This document shows, piece after piece, positions 53,386 to 62,968 of a DNA stretch of 64,000 nucleotides. Made by a program: the position numbers and the translations under genes. The first letter of the stretch is position 1, and the number at the start of each line of letters is the position of its first letter. Source of the DNA: Coriobacteriales bacterium (GTDB taxonomy: Bacteria > Actinomycetota > Coriobacteriia > Coriobacteriales > UBA8131); the NCBI GenBank assembly GCA_031264075.1, contig JAISEO010000099.1:13666-77665 (forward strand), read 5' to 3'. The notes under the pieces are model-generated. The model did no database searches. It was not told the DNA's origin and was given only the letters and a program-made list of their open reading frames with translations.

Positions 53386-54993
53386 ATGTGCGCACACGAC
53401 GATTCAAACAATGCACGCGCTACAAAGAAGCATTCCTCCTTTGGCGATGTCTGTCTGCTGGGCCTCGGGGTCACCGGCAGGGCTGTTGCTGACTTCTTTA
53501 TCGAGAATCCCGCCTGGCTGAGCTCCCTCACCATCTATTCCGGCGAGCCCCATCGGGAGCTCAGGGCCTACCTCCGTTCGCTACCGGAAAGCGTTATTGT
53601 GCGCGAGGCCGACGAACTGGTTTCCGGCTCTTTTGATACGGCGGTAGTGAGTCCGGGTATTCCGCCGCACAGCGCACTGTATCTGAGCGCCGCGGGTGCC
53701 TCGCAGGAGATAATCAGCGAACCGGAGCTGGCGTGGCGCATCTCGCCCGAGCGATGGGTGGCTGTTACCGGCACCAACGGCAAGACGACCGTCACCGAGC
53801 TTATTACCGCACTACTCCAAACGGCCGGCAAGACCGCCTGGGCAGCGGGAAACATCGGCACGCCCTGCATTGAGATAGTGGGCTCGCGTGCGCCGGAAGA
53901 CTGGATAGTCGCCGAACTCTCCTCGTATCAGCTGCACTCGGCCCGGATTTTTGCTCCGGACTGCGCGGTGCTCCTGAATATCACGCCCGACCATTTGAGC
54001 TGGCACGGGAGCTATGAGAGCTATGACGCGGACAAGCAGCGCATTGTGGCCAATCTGGCAGAGGGCAATCCGGCGATCATCGACGTGAGCCTGCCCAATA
54101 CGCGGGCTCTTGCGGAGAGCCTGGCACTTGAGGGGCGACGGGTCATCCGCATCAGCGCTGAATATCCCCTGTGCGATGAAGCCGTCGAGCACACGCGCAG
54201 AGACCTGTGCGAGCAGTCTGTTGAGAGCGCGGGCTCGGATAGCTACGGAAAGTCCGCTGCACAGAGCGCCGAGAACACCTTTGAGAGAGGCTACGTCAAC
54301 GCCCGGACCGGCGCGCTCACACTGGAGCTTGCAAGCGGACGCTACGAACTCCTGCCGGGGCGTGAGCTGCGTATAAAAGGACAGCACAACCTCTCCAACG
54401 CACTGGCAGCGGCAGCGGCGGCAGCGGCGGCAGTGGATGCCAGAACAGACGAGCTCAACGCTGCACTCGCAAGCTTTGCTCCCCTGCCTCATCGTTTTGA
54501 GCCCTGTGGCGAGGTGGCAGGGGTCTCCTTTGTCAATGACTCCAAGGCCACCAATACCGATGCCGCCATCAAGGCTCTCTCCGCCTTCGCCGATGACAAC
54601 CAGGAAGGTCGTGTCGTGGCGATGTTTGGCGGGCTGGACAAAGGCACCGATCTCGCTGCCCTGGTTGCCACCTGCGTACAGACCTGCAAGTACGCGGTCT
54701 GCTATGGCGAGGCCGGACCGCGCTTCTACCATGCCATGGCCGCGCGGCTCCCCGCTGTTCACGTGGCTGGCTTCAGCGAGGCGTTTGTTCGCGCCTTTGC
54801 CCTGTCTGAGCCAGGCGACACCGTCCTGCTCTCCCCTGCCTGTGCTTCCTTTGACGTGTTTGACTCCTTCGAGGCACGCGGCAGAAGGTTCAAGGAGCAG
54901 GTCGCTTTACTGCGAAAACGCGAAGAGCCAGAAGCGCTGCAATCCTCCCTTGAGTGGGAAGTTCTCGGTGAAGAGCGAGGTGTGCGCTCATGA
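53386..54993 (+). CDS. murD: UDP-N-acetylmuramoylalanine--D-glutamate ligase
   Basis: ...LLGLGVTGRAVADF..., VTGTNGKTTVTELI, and the Mur ligase C-domain. The ORF is open from 53311 and the start is uncertain. Confidence 0.9.
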   Translation: MCAHDDSNNARATKKHSSFGDVCLLGLGVTGRAVADFFIENPAWLSSLTIYSGEPHRELRAYLRSLPESVIVREADELVSGSFDTAVVSPGIPPHSALYLSAAGASQEIISEPELAWRISPERWVAVTGTNGKTTVTELITALLQTAGKTAWAAGNIGTPCIEIVGSRAPEDWIVAELSSYQLHSARIFAPDCAVLLNITPDHLSWHGSYESYDADKQRIVANLAEGNPAIIDVSLPNTRALAESLALEGRRVIRISAEYPLCDEAVEHTRRDLCEQSVESAGSDSYGKSAAQSAENTFERGYVNARTGALTLELASGRYELLPGRELRIKGQHNLSNALAAAAAAAAAVDARTDELNAALASFAPLPHRFEPCGEVAGVSFVNDSKATNTDAAIKALSAFADDNQEGRVVAMFGGLDKGTDLAALVATCVQTCKYAVCYGEAGPRFYHAMAARLPAVHVAGFSEAFVRAFALSEPGDTVLLSPACASFDVFDSFEARGRRFKEQVALLRKREEPEALQSSLEWEVLGEERGVRS

Positions 54994-56576
54994 GCAGGAT
55001 GCGCGGCGCCTCAAAACCTGTGGGCCCGAGATCCGGCAACCCGCGCGGGTCAGTCGCCCGGCACGGACCTGTCAGCTCGCGTGGCTCAGGCAGGGCGCTG
55101 CCCCAAGCCGACAAGAAGGCAGGTGCATCCGTTCTGGCGACGCGTACGGGCTTTCTCGTTATCGTGGCCTGCCTGCTCATCTTTGGCCTGGTCATGCTGT
55201 ACAGCGCCTCCAGCATCTATAGCTACAATCTGAACGGCGACTACACGGCTATTTTCTTCAAGCAGATGTTCCTGGTGGCAATAGGCCTCATTGTTGCCCT
55301 CGCCGTAGCGCTTATCCCCTACCAGAAGTACCGGCTCCCGCTCTGCGTTGTCGCACTCCTGGTTACCATTGCGCTCCTTATCATCGTCCTTTTTCAAGGC
55401 GATGACGCTCTGGGCGCACGACGTCAGATGGATATTATCCTTACAACCCTGCAGCCGAGCGAGTTTGCCAAGATCGCCGTGATGCTCGTGCTCGCACACC
55501 TGGTAGACCGCTGCCGGACCGACGGGTACAGCCCTCGGCTTATCCTGCTCATGATAATCGCCTGTGCTGTTCCGCTGGGCCTTATCATCATCGAGCCCGA
55601 TCTCGGCACCACCATCATCGCCATGACCGGCATACTGGCCGTGCTCTGGTTCGGAGGCGTACCCAAACGCATCGTAGGATTGCTGGCCCTGGGCACGGTG
55701 GCGCTGGGCATCATCGCCATCGCCGGCACGGGATTCCGCCAGACCCGCATCAGCTCGTGGCTTGACCCCTGGTCGGACCCTCAGGTGAGCGGATACCAGC
55801 TTCTCAGCTCCTACTATGCCTTTGGCGGAGGCGGCGTTACCGGCGTGGGGCTCGGCCTCTCCAAACAGAAGTTCAACTGGCTGCCTCAAGGCGAGAACGA
55901 CTTCCTCTTTGCCATTGTCGGCGAGGAGCTGGGCCTGATAGGTGCCCTCGTGGTGATGCTCCTCTTTGTGGGGCTCGTCGTTATGGCGCTGAGAATTGCC
56001 GCGGGCGCCCCTGATGCGCGCGGTGCCATGCTGGCCGGTGCCTCAGGGGTCGTCATCGGGGGCCAGGCCTTTCTCAATATGCTCTGCGTCGTGGGGGCCT
56101 TTCCCACCACGGGCAAACCACTCCCCTTCTTCAGCGCCGGCGGCTCGTCTATCATCTCCACGATGCTCCTGGTGGGGCTCATACTCTCAGTCTCACTGCA
56201 ATCTTCCGATGCCACGGTCTACGACTTCCGGCGAGAACAGTTTACCGTGGTGCAGGGAGGCAACCGGCGTGGGACTCGGGCGGGCACCGCTGGCTCAGTG
56301 CTGTCCCGGCTTCCCAATCCTGCCGCGGCGGTGAGTGCCCTGCTGCCGAGGACAGCCGCAACAGACCGAAAAAGGGCTGTTCCGGGCAGGGTCGCGTCGG
56401 GTAGGCCTGCTCCCGGGAGGATGCCTCCGGGCAAGGTGGTACCGATTTCAAGGGGAAGGGCACAGAGAAGCCTGCGTGAGCGTGAGAGACGCGTACGTGC
56501 AGAGGCCCCGCTCTCCATGGCCAGCCTGCGTCGCAACCGGGTGCGCAAGACGGGAACCGGGGGCGGGTCGGCGTGA
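54990..56576 (+). CDS. ftsW: FtsW (SEDS family peptidoglycan polymerase / cell division protein)
   Basis: SEDS pattern ...LQPSEFAKIAVMLVLA..., ...ENDFLFAIVGEELGLIGA..., ...PTTGKPLPFFSAGGSS. Long Arg-rich C-terminal tail. ATGA overlap with murD. Confidence 0.9.
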   Translation: MSRMRGASKPVGPRSGNPRGSVARHGPVSSRGSGRALPQADKKAGASVLATRTGFLVIVACLLIFGLVMLYSASSIYSYNLNGDYTAIFFKQMFLVAIGLIVALAVALIPYQKYRLPLCVVALLVTIALLIIVLFQGDDALGARRQMDIILTTLQPSEFAKIAVMLVLAHLVDRCRTDGYSPRLILLMIIACAVPLGLIIIEPDLGTTIIAMTGILAVLWFGGVPKRIVGLLALGTVALGIIAIAGTGFRQTRISSWLDPWSDPQVSGYQLLSSYYAFGGGGVTGVGLGLSKQKFNWLPQGENDFLFAIVGEELGLIGALVVMLLFVGLVVMALRIAAGAPDARGAMLAGASGVVIGGQAFLNMLCVVGAFPTTGKPLPFFSAGGSSIISTMLLVGLILSVSLQSSDATVYDFRREQFTVVQGGNRRGTRAGTAGSVLSRLPNPAAAVSALLPRTAATDRKRAVPGRVASGRPAPGRMPPGKVVPISRGRAQRSLRERERRVRAEAPLSMASLRRNRVRKTGTGGGSA

Positions 56577-57703
56577 GTTACGTGATAACCGCCGGTGGAA
56601 CGGGAGGCCACGTCTCCCCCGCTCTGGCAGTTGCCGCAGAGCTGCAAAAGCTCGACAAACACGTCGTCTTTGCAGGCAGCACCGGCGGCATGGAAGAAGC
56701 CCTGGTGCGCGAGGCGGGTCTGGAATATCGGGCCTTTGCCGCCAAGGGCTTCAACCGTCAACGCCCCTGGACCCTGCTCAGCTCGGGAGTTGTGCTGGCC
56801 CAATCCACGGGCAGGGCACGCAGATGGCTGCAGGAGCTACACGCCAGCGTGGTGGGGGCCTTTGGAGGCTATGTCTCCGTGCCGGTAGGACGAGCTGCCG
56901 TGCGGGAAGGCATACCCCTGCTCATCCACGAACAGAACTCCCATATGGGCTGGGCCAATAAGCACCTGAGTACGCACGCCGAGGTCATCGCCCTCACCTA
57001 TGAGGCAGCAGCCGACGCACTGGATGCCAGCGCCCGAGCACACGTACAGCTCACCGGCAATCCCGTGCGCCCGGAGTTTGCCCTGCTGGCCGATGAAGAG
57101 CACGTAACCCGGCTGCGCCGGGGATTCAGGCAGGAGCTTGGCATTGCACAGGATGCTGTGCTGCTCCTGGTGTTTGGGGGCTCGCAGGGTGCCCGGCATA
57201 TCAACGAAGCCGTGGTGCGGCATGCCCCCCAACTGATGAGGCTGCCGGGCCTGACCGTACTGCAGCTGACCGGGCCCAGAGAATTCGCGCGCGTTGAGGC
57301 CGCGCTGGCCCAGGAGTTCGGCGGGAGTATTCCCGAAGCGTGGCAGCTCATGGATTACTGCAACAGAATGCCGGAGGCCCTTGCCGCCGCAGACCTTGTG
57401 CTGTGCCGGGCCGGTGCGTCCTCATTGGCAGAGGTATCGGCTGCCGGGAGGCCGGCACTGCTCGTTCCCTATCCCTATGCCACGGCAGACCATCAACGCA
57501 AGAACGCCGAGTCGCTCGTGGCGGCCGGTGCTGCCCATATGCTGCTGGATGCGGAGCTGGACAGCCCGCAACTCCTGGAAACCCTGCTCACCCTCATAGA
57601 CGACGGTGAGGCACGCAGCCGCATGCTCGAGGCAGCCACACAGCAGCGGAACGCAGGCGCAGCCAGGCGCGTGGCCGAATTGCTTGTGGGTATTGCCGGA
57701 TAG
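56573..57703 (+). CDS. murG: Undecaprenyldiphospho-muramoylpentapeptide beta-N-acetylglucosaminyltransferase
   Basis: ITAGGTGGHVSPALAVAAEL..., ...CRAGASSLAEVSAAGRPALLVPYPYATADHQRKNA. GTGA overlap with ftsW. Confidence 0.93.
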   Translation: MSYVITAGGTGGHVSPALAVAAELQKLDKHVVFAGSTGGMEEALVREAGLEYRAFAAKGFNRQRPWTLLSSGVVLAQSTGRARRWLQELHASVVGAFGGYVSVPVGRAAVREGIPLLIHEQNSHMGWANKHLSTHAEVIALTYEAAADALDASARAHVQLTGNPVRPEFALLADEEHVTRLRRGFRQELGIAQDAVLLLVFGGSQGARHINEAVVRHAPQLMRLPGLTVLQLTGPREFARVEAALAQEFGGSIPEAWQLMDYCNRMPEALAAADLVLCRAGASSLAEVSAAGRPALLVPYPYATADHQRKNAESLVAAGAAHMLLDAELDSPQLLETLLTLIDDGEARSRMLEAATQQRNAGAARRVAELLVGIAG

Positions 57704-57724
57704 GAGCGATTGGCCCCGTCTGTC

Positions 57725-58084
57725 TCAGCCCTGCGGCGGCACCCAGAGGTATTGCCAGGGCTTCTGCTCCAGCACTTTGGCCAGCTCCTCTACGGGGCCG
57801 TAGCGCATGATGTCGGCCTGGCAGTGGTGGACGCAGGAAGGCTTCTTGCCCTTGGCCGTGCGCTCAGGGCAGAGATTGCATTGCAGGGTGAACGAGGGAA
57901 TGAAGTCGTAGACGTATTTGTCGGTCTCGTTGCCTTCGGCGTCCTTAAGCGGCCAGGGGCCGTTCTGCAGCACCTTGACGCCCCATTGTCCGAGGTAGAG
58001 GTCCTGCTCGGACTGACAGGCAATCTCGCACGAATAACAACCCGTGCAGTACTGGTAGTCAACCAGGATTCCGTTGCGGGCCAT
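57725..58084 (-). CDS. Small 2x[4Fe-4S] ferredoxin-like subunit of the adjacent molybdoenzyme
   Basis: 119 aa with CTGCYSCEIAC (CxxCxxCxxxC) and CNLC-x11-C-x3-C. It begins 1 nt after the large-subunit stop. Confidence 0.75.
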   Translation of the reverse strand: MARNGILVDYQYCTGCYSCEIACQSEQDLYLGQWGVKVLQNGPWPLKDAEGNETDKYVYDFIPSFTLQCNLCPERTAKGKKPSCVHHCQADIMRYGPVEELAKVLEQKPWQYLWVPPQG

Positions 58085-58085
58085 G

Positions 58086-60743
58086 TCAGGCCTCCTTTCC
58101 GGTTAACGAGGCGTGTTCGACAGCAGGTGATGAGCCAGCAGTGCCAACGCCCTGGGCCACAGGCTCTGCGCTCACGCCTTGAGGCACGTAGGCTCCCGTT
58201 ACCGGATCCACGCCACGTGCCAGCTCGCGCCGGTCGAACTTGCGCCAGTGGTGCTTGGGCAGAGCGGCTACCTCTTCAGGCGTGCAGGGATACACCTTAC
58301 AGAGCGTACACTTGAGGTCGGCGCCAAAACCGGTGCGGCCGGGCTTGTTGCGCAGCAGCTGGTTGACGAAGGACTGCGTGCGGCCAAAGAGGCTCGGCTC
58401 GCTCGGATCCTGCTCAGGGAACCACCAGCCGTGCTGGGCAGCCACCTCGTACTCGGCCACCTCGTAGGTGATGCGGGCACGCTGGCGACAGCGACGCACC
58501 TGCCACTCGCCCCCGTCGTTCAGATCCTCGGGATGCGGGTTGTTGGTGCTCTCGGTGATGCTGCGGTCGGGTGTGCGCACCTTGTTCTCCAGCCAGACCC
58601 AGTCGCCCTCGGAGATGCCGTACTGCTCGGCCGTACGCGGGTGTATCTGCACCCAGGGATCGGGGGTGAGCTGGCGCAGCCACGGTATCTGGCGGTGCTC
58701 GGAGTGGAAGAAACTGGTCGTGCGTGCGCCGGTAATCATGATCAGCGGGTACTCTTTGGCCAGCTCGGGCGTGGTGTTGGGGCCAACGCCCGGCTCCTCT
58801 ATGTAGGGCAGCGGATCGTAGCCGAAGTTCTCGAACAACGACGCGTACAGTTCCACGCGGCCCGTGGGAGTGTTGAAGCCCACACCGCCGTCGGGGCGCA
58901 GGTCGCCGGTGGTGTACTTGTAGTATCGATAGACCGGATAGGCCGGGCCTCGGTCGCGCAGCTCGGCCCAGCTGTAGCCCGTCATGTTGATCATCTCGTC
59001 GAAGCATTCCTCGTCGCTCGCCCACTGGGCCCAGGCCGGCTCGGAGTTGCGGGCATGGCTGATGGTGTCGAGATACTCCTGGTCGTTATCAAAGCGACTG
59101 CCCAGGCGACGGTTGATCTCCGCGTCGCTCAAGACCTCGCCTTCCGGCGTACAGGTGGGATTGATGGTAGAGAGGAAGTAATAGTGTGCGCGAATGCCCT
59201 TCTTCTCGGCCCAGGTGGCCACCGGCAAAACGATGTCGGCATAGGCCAGGAGCGTGGGCGTAAAGAAGATGTCAACGCCGGCGCAGAACTCCACCTTCTT
59301 GAGCGCCTGGTACCAGCGCTCGGATTCACAGCTCATGCAGTTGATGCCGTTGGAGGTCTGAAGCCACAGGCCCTTGACGCGACCGGCCTCACACTCCTCC
59401 AGGCACATATCGGGCATGGACTGCGTGAGACCGTAGCGATACATGGGGTAGTCTGCCCAGCCGATGCGCTTCTTCTGCTGTTCGGCGGTGAGGATGTCGT
59501 AGTAGCCCCAGGCACCGGCCGAGGGCGGGTCAACGCCCATGGGCGCGGTGGTGTAGACCATGCCGCCGGGGCGGTCGAGATTACCGGTGATAGTCCAGAG
59601 GGCCGCGATGGCCTGCGCGCACGGCGTGCCCTGGCTCTGCATGTCCACGGCCAGGCCCCAGACCACGCTGGCAGGCTTGGAGGTGGCAAACAGTCGCGCG
59701 GCAGCCACGAGCTTCTCCCGGGGAACCCAGCATATCTGGGCGAGCTTATCGAGGTCGAGTGACGCACAGCGCTCGGCCAGAGCCTCGAAGCCGTAGGTCC
59801 AATACTCCACAAACTCGTGGTCGTAGAGATCCTCTTCGATGATGACTTTGAGCATGGCCATGGCCACAGCGGTGTCGGTGCCGGGGCGGCTCTGGATGTG
59901 GATGTCGGCACGCGCCGCCCACCAGGTAACGCGTGGCTCCACGGAGATGAGCTTGCAACCGCGCTTCATGACATCGGTGACCCAGTGGCCCATGTAGAAG
60001 TCGGGGTTGGAGATATGCGGGTTGCAGCCCCAGATTATCGTGCACTCGGGGCATTCCCAGGCGGGGTCGTCGTAGCGACGGGCCATGAACTGGCTCATGT
60101 CGGCTATCATGAAGCCGCCGTAGGTCATGATCATGAGCGAGATGCGGGGGAGGTAGCAGGCCGTGCCGCTCAGGAAGCCGTACTCATTGGGACTGCCGAT
60201 GGCGTAGCCCAGACGCCCTACCTGCCACTGGTTGTCGCGGGCCGTGCCGCGCAGGAGGTGGATGGTCTCGGGCCCGTAGCTGACGGCGATACGCTTGAAC
60301 TCACGCTCCACGGTGTCAAGCGCCTCGTCCCAGCTGATGCGCTCCCAGTTATCCTCGCCCCGCTTACCGGCACGCTTCATGGGATAGAGGATGCGATTGG
60401 GGTGCTGGATTACCTGCTTGAAGGCGAGACAGCGCGGACAGAGACGGCCCTGGTTATAGGGGTCTTCCGGGTCGCCCTCCAATTTGACGAAGGCACCGGT
60501 GTCCTTATCGCTGTACACCAGTACGCCACAGCCCTCGTGACAGCCCGGCGCACTCCACACCGACGTGCGCGTGACAATGTAGCCGTCCTCCTCATACTGC
60601 CAGGGCCTACTCGGCGCCCAATCCTGCACCTCATGGTGCTTACCGGCGCCAATCTGAAACTGGTTCTCCGTTTTGGAGGTGCCTATCTCGTCGCGGTCCT
60701 TATCGGTGTCGATGGCGCCTTGTATCTCTAACTCGTCAGCCAT
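58086..60743 (-). CDS. Cytoplasmic molybdopterin (Mo/W-bisPGD) oxidoreductase large subunit, substrate unknown
   Basis: 885 aa with DMSO-reductase-superfamily organisation. N-terminal Cys group ...WSAPGCHEGCG...GRLCPRC.... There is no twin-arginine leader (N-terminus MADELEIQGAIDTDKDRDE). Strong RBS AAGGAAGGAG. Confidence 0.88.
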   Translation of the reverse strand: MADELEIQGAIDTDKDRDEIGTSKTENQFQIGAGKHHEVQDWAPSRPWQYEEDGYIVTRTSVWSAPGCHEGCGVLVYSDKDTGAFVKLEGDPEDPYNQGRLCPRCLAFKQVIQHPNRILYPMKRAGKRGEDNWERISWDEALDTVEREFKRIAVSYGPETIHLLRGTARDNQWQVGRLGYAIGSPNEYGFLSGTACYLPRISLMIMTYGGFMIADMSQFMARRYDDPAWECPECTIIWGCNPHISNPDFYMGHWVTDVMKRGCKLISVEPRVTWWAARADIHIQSRPGTDTAVAMAMLKVIIEEDLYDHEFVEYWTYGFEALAERCASLDLDKLAQICWVPREKLVAAARLFATSKPASVVWGLAVDMQSQGTPCAQAIAALWTITGNLDRPGGMVYTTAPMGVDPPSAGAWGYYDILTAEQQKKRIGWADYPMYRYGLTQSMPDMCLEECEAGRVKGLWLQTSNGINCMSCESERWYQALKKVEFCAGVDIFFTPTLLAYADIVLPVATWAEKKGIRAHYYFLSTINPTCTPEGEVLSDAEINRRLGSRFDNDQEYLDTISHARNSEPAWAQWASDEECFDEMINMTGYSWAELRDRGPAYPVYRYYKYTTGDLRPDGGVGFNTPTGRVELYASLFENFGYDPLPYIEEPGVGPNTTPELAKEYPLIMITGARTTSFFHSEHRQIPWLRQLTPDPWVQIHPRTAEQYGISEGDWVWLENKVRTPDRSITESTNNPHPEDLNDGGEWQVRRCRQRARITYEVAEYEVAAQHGWWFPEQDPSEPSLFGRTQSFVNQLLRNKPGRTGFGADLKCTLCKVYPCTPEEVAALPKHHWRKFDRRELARGVDPVTGAYVPQGVSAEPVAQGVGTAGSSPAVEHASLTGKEA

Positions 60744-60851
60744 ATCTCGCTCCTTCCTTCGGTGACTCTATGGAGACAAGTATGAGTGCTGAGGGAGTGT
60801 GTCGAGTGGCATCATGGGTATGCCCTGGCGCAAATCACACGGAGAGTATGA

Positions 60852-62360
60852 CTAATGAAGCATCTGGTCTGTGTCCTGCTCCACAGAGAACTCCTCCACC
60901 AGATCCATGAGCTTCTGCTGAGAATGGACGTCGGTTTTGAGGTAGATGCTGTAGATGTGGCTCTTGACCGTGTGCTCCGAGATAACCAGCTTCTCACAGA
61001 TGTATTTGGCGTTGCGGCCGCGTATCAGGTAGGTGAGGATGTCGGCCTCGCGCGGACTGAGCCGGTAGAGCCGGGCCAGAGCCTCGCATTTGGCGTTGAG
61101 GACGCTGTCCTCGGAGGCCGTGGACTCCAGTTTGAGGATGAAATCGCTTGAGTGGATGGCGTTATCGTCGTGGTGCTTCTTCTCCGGATAGAAGACCATG
61201 GCCACCACTACCAGCAAAAAGGCGGCGACAAGCAGCAGATAGCTGACCTTCTCGTCAATGACGCCGCTATAAAGCACCGCCAGAGCCGCACACCAGCCCA
61301 CCACAAAGCCCGCGGATTTGGGCAGGGTGCCCGAAGAGACGTGATAGAGAATCGGCAGGTTCTTCTCCACGATGAGCTTGACGAGGTTGGCGTAGTTGGC
61401 AGCCGAGAAGACGGCCCAGACAGCGGCGCCAATACAGCCGAGGAGCATCCAAAATGGCTCGGGAGGCAACGCGGAGAGCGCGAGCAGCGTGCCAACGGTG
61501 ATGACTATGAGGACGCGCAGCAGCAAGACCACGGAGATCTTCAGCCTGAGGGCCGCGAGCGCGAGCATGAGCAGGCTCGCGAGCAGGATTGCCACCATCG
61601 CGCCCACGATGGCGAGAGGGCCTTTGGCAATCAGCAGGGCAAACACGATGCCGGCGGCGGCACCGAGCATGAGGAACACCGGCTCGACCTCCCTCGGCGA
61701 GGTGAGGAAGCTGTCACGTTTCTCGACACGGAGTTCCGCCGGTGCCTCGGATCGGCTTCCCATATAAAACAGCAATGCGAGGGAGGCCAGCAGAAAGAAG
61801 GCGCTGACAGGCGGTTGTGCCAAGGCGGGCAACAGCACACAGAGGACATACCACAGCGCGCCTCCGGAAAATGACGCCGTGGTGCAGACGAGGACGTTGC
61901 GGATGCGCGTCCTGCCACAGATGTCCAGCCAACCGGCAAGCAGGACGGCTGAGGCCATGCCCGTAAGCAGGCTGAGGACGGCAATAAGTGTGTCGGGAAC
62001 CGGGATGCCAAGGGATACGAGTGTGAGTGTCCCGGACAGCAGCAGGGCGACGACGGTGCTGAGTACCAGGAGCAGGCGAGCATTGAGCCTCTCGCGCAGC
62101 CGAAGCGCTGCGAAGCGCATCGCCACGTCGCCGAGTGGAATGCCGATGAACAGCAGGGTGAGTGCGAGGCTGCATACCGATGTGCTCAGCGTTGACGGCG
62201 AGGGAAGCAGTGCCGCGTCCGACGCATCGCCCGTTGAAACGAAGAACCAGAAGAACGTGACGAAGAACCAGCCAAACATCAGCGAGAAGCCAAAGACGCT
62301 GAGCAGCTCCATCGCGCCTATATGATGCCCTGCGGCCTTTTTTGCGGTGCCTTGTGCCAA
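60852..62360 (-). CDS. LuxR-family transcriptional regulator with large polytopic membrane N-domain
   Basis: C-terminal HTH LSPREADILTYLIRGRNAKYICEKLVISEHTVKSHIYSIYLKTDVHSQQKL. The N-terminal ~420 aa are hydrophobic helices. TTG start at 62360 or ATG at 62312. Confidence 0.85.
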   Translation of the reverse strand: MAQGTAKKAAGHHIGAMELLSVFGFSLMFGWFFVTFFWFFVSTGDASDAALLPSPSTLSTSVCSLALTLLFIGIPLGDVAMRFAALRLRERLNARLLLVLSTVVALLLSGTLTLVSLGIPVPDTLIAVLSLLTGMASAVLLAGWLDICGRTRIRNVLVCTTASFSGGALWYVLCVLLPALAQPPVSAFFLLASLALLFYMGSRSEAPAELRVEKRDSFLTSPREVEPVFLMLGAAAGIVFALLIAKGPLAIVGAMVAILLASLLMLALAALRLKISVVLLLRVLIVITVGTLLALSALPPEPFWMLLGCIGAAVWAVFSAANYANLVKLIVEKNLPILYHVSSGTLPKSAGFVVGWCAALAVLYSGVIDEKVSYLLLVAAFLLVVVAMVFYPEKKHHDDNAIHSSDFILKLESTASEDSVLNAKCEALARLYRLSPREADILTYLIRGRNAKYICEKLVISEHTVKSHIYSIYLKTDVHSQQKLMDLVEEFSVEQDTDQMLH

Positions 62361-62472
62361 GAAGTCCGTCCCTGCTATAAAGGATATAACGAGCCCTACA
62401 CAGGAGACTATAGCCCTTTTGGGATTTCTATGTAAGCAAATTTTTTTTGCGTGCTGCCTTCACGTCTTTGCG

Positions 62473-62508
62473 TTACATGTTTTCTCCGATGTCGGAGAAA
62501 ACGTGTAG
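62473..62508. other. Stem-loop in the LuxR / MNT intergenic region
   Basis: GTTTTCTCCG-atgt-CGGAGAAAAC (62479-62502) is a perfect 10-bp stem. It extends to about 16 bp if G-U pairs are allowed. Confidence 0.4.
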
Positions 62509-62665
62509 GGTCCAAAATTGATGAGATGCTCAGCTTCAGTATGGCTGGCAGGCAATTCAACTGTACTTTTTGGACTGATAGAGTTTAGAAAAATCCCATA
62601 CGGAGCCCTGACGGTAGCTATGATAGAATTGTTGAGTAGAGATAGGTGTTTGCAGCAGAGATAAG

Positions 62666-62968
62666 GTGGCCATGCAGTACACGCTTGAACAAATCAAAGC
62701 CGTTGTTGCCAAATTCGCACCAGACAATGGCATAAAAAGCGTGCAGGTTTTTGGCTCGTACGCCGACGGGCGTGCCACAAACGAGAGCGATATCGATCTG
62801 TTGGTTGAGTATTTCGAGATGCCGTCGCTGCTTAACTATCTGGGGTTTCAGGAGCAGGTTCAAAGTGAGCTGGGTATTCAGGTTGACGTACTGCGTTATC
62901 CCCTTAGCCGCGAGCGGCTTATCGATCCGAACTTTGATTCAGGAAAAACAGTGATCATATATGGCTGA
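62666..62968 (+). CDS. Nucleotidyltransferase (MNT) antitoxin of a type VII HepT/MNT pair
   Basis: ...VFGSYADGRATNESDIDLLVEY... is the minimal NTase G-S-x(n)-D-x-D motif. TAAGGTGG RBS. 8-nt overlap with the HepT gene. Confidence 0.85.
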   Translation: MAMQYTLEQIKAVVAKFAPDNGIKSVQVFGSYADGRATNESDIDLLVEYFEMPSLLNYLGFQEQVQSELGIQVDVLRYPLSRERLIDPNFDSGKTVIIYG

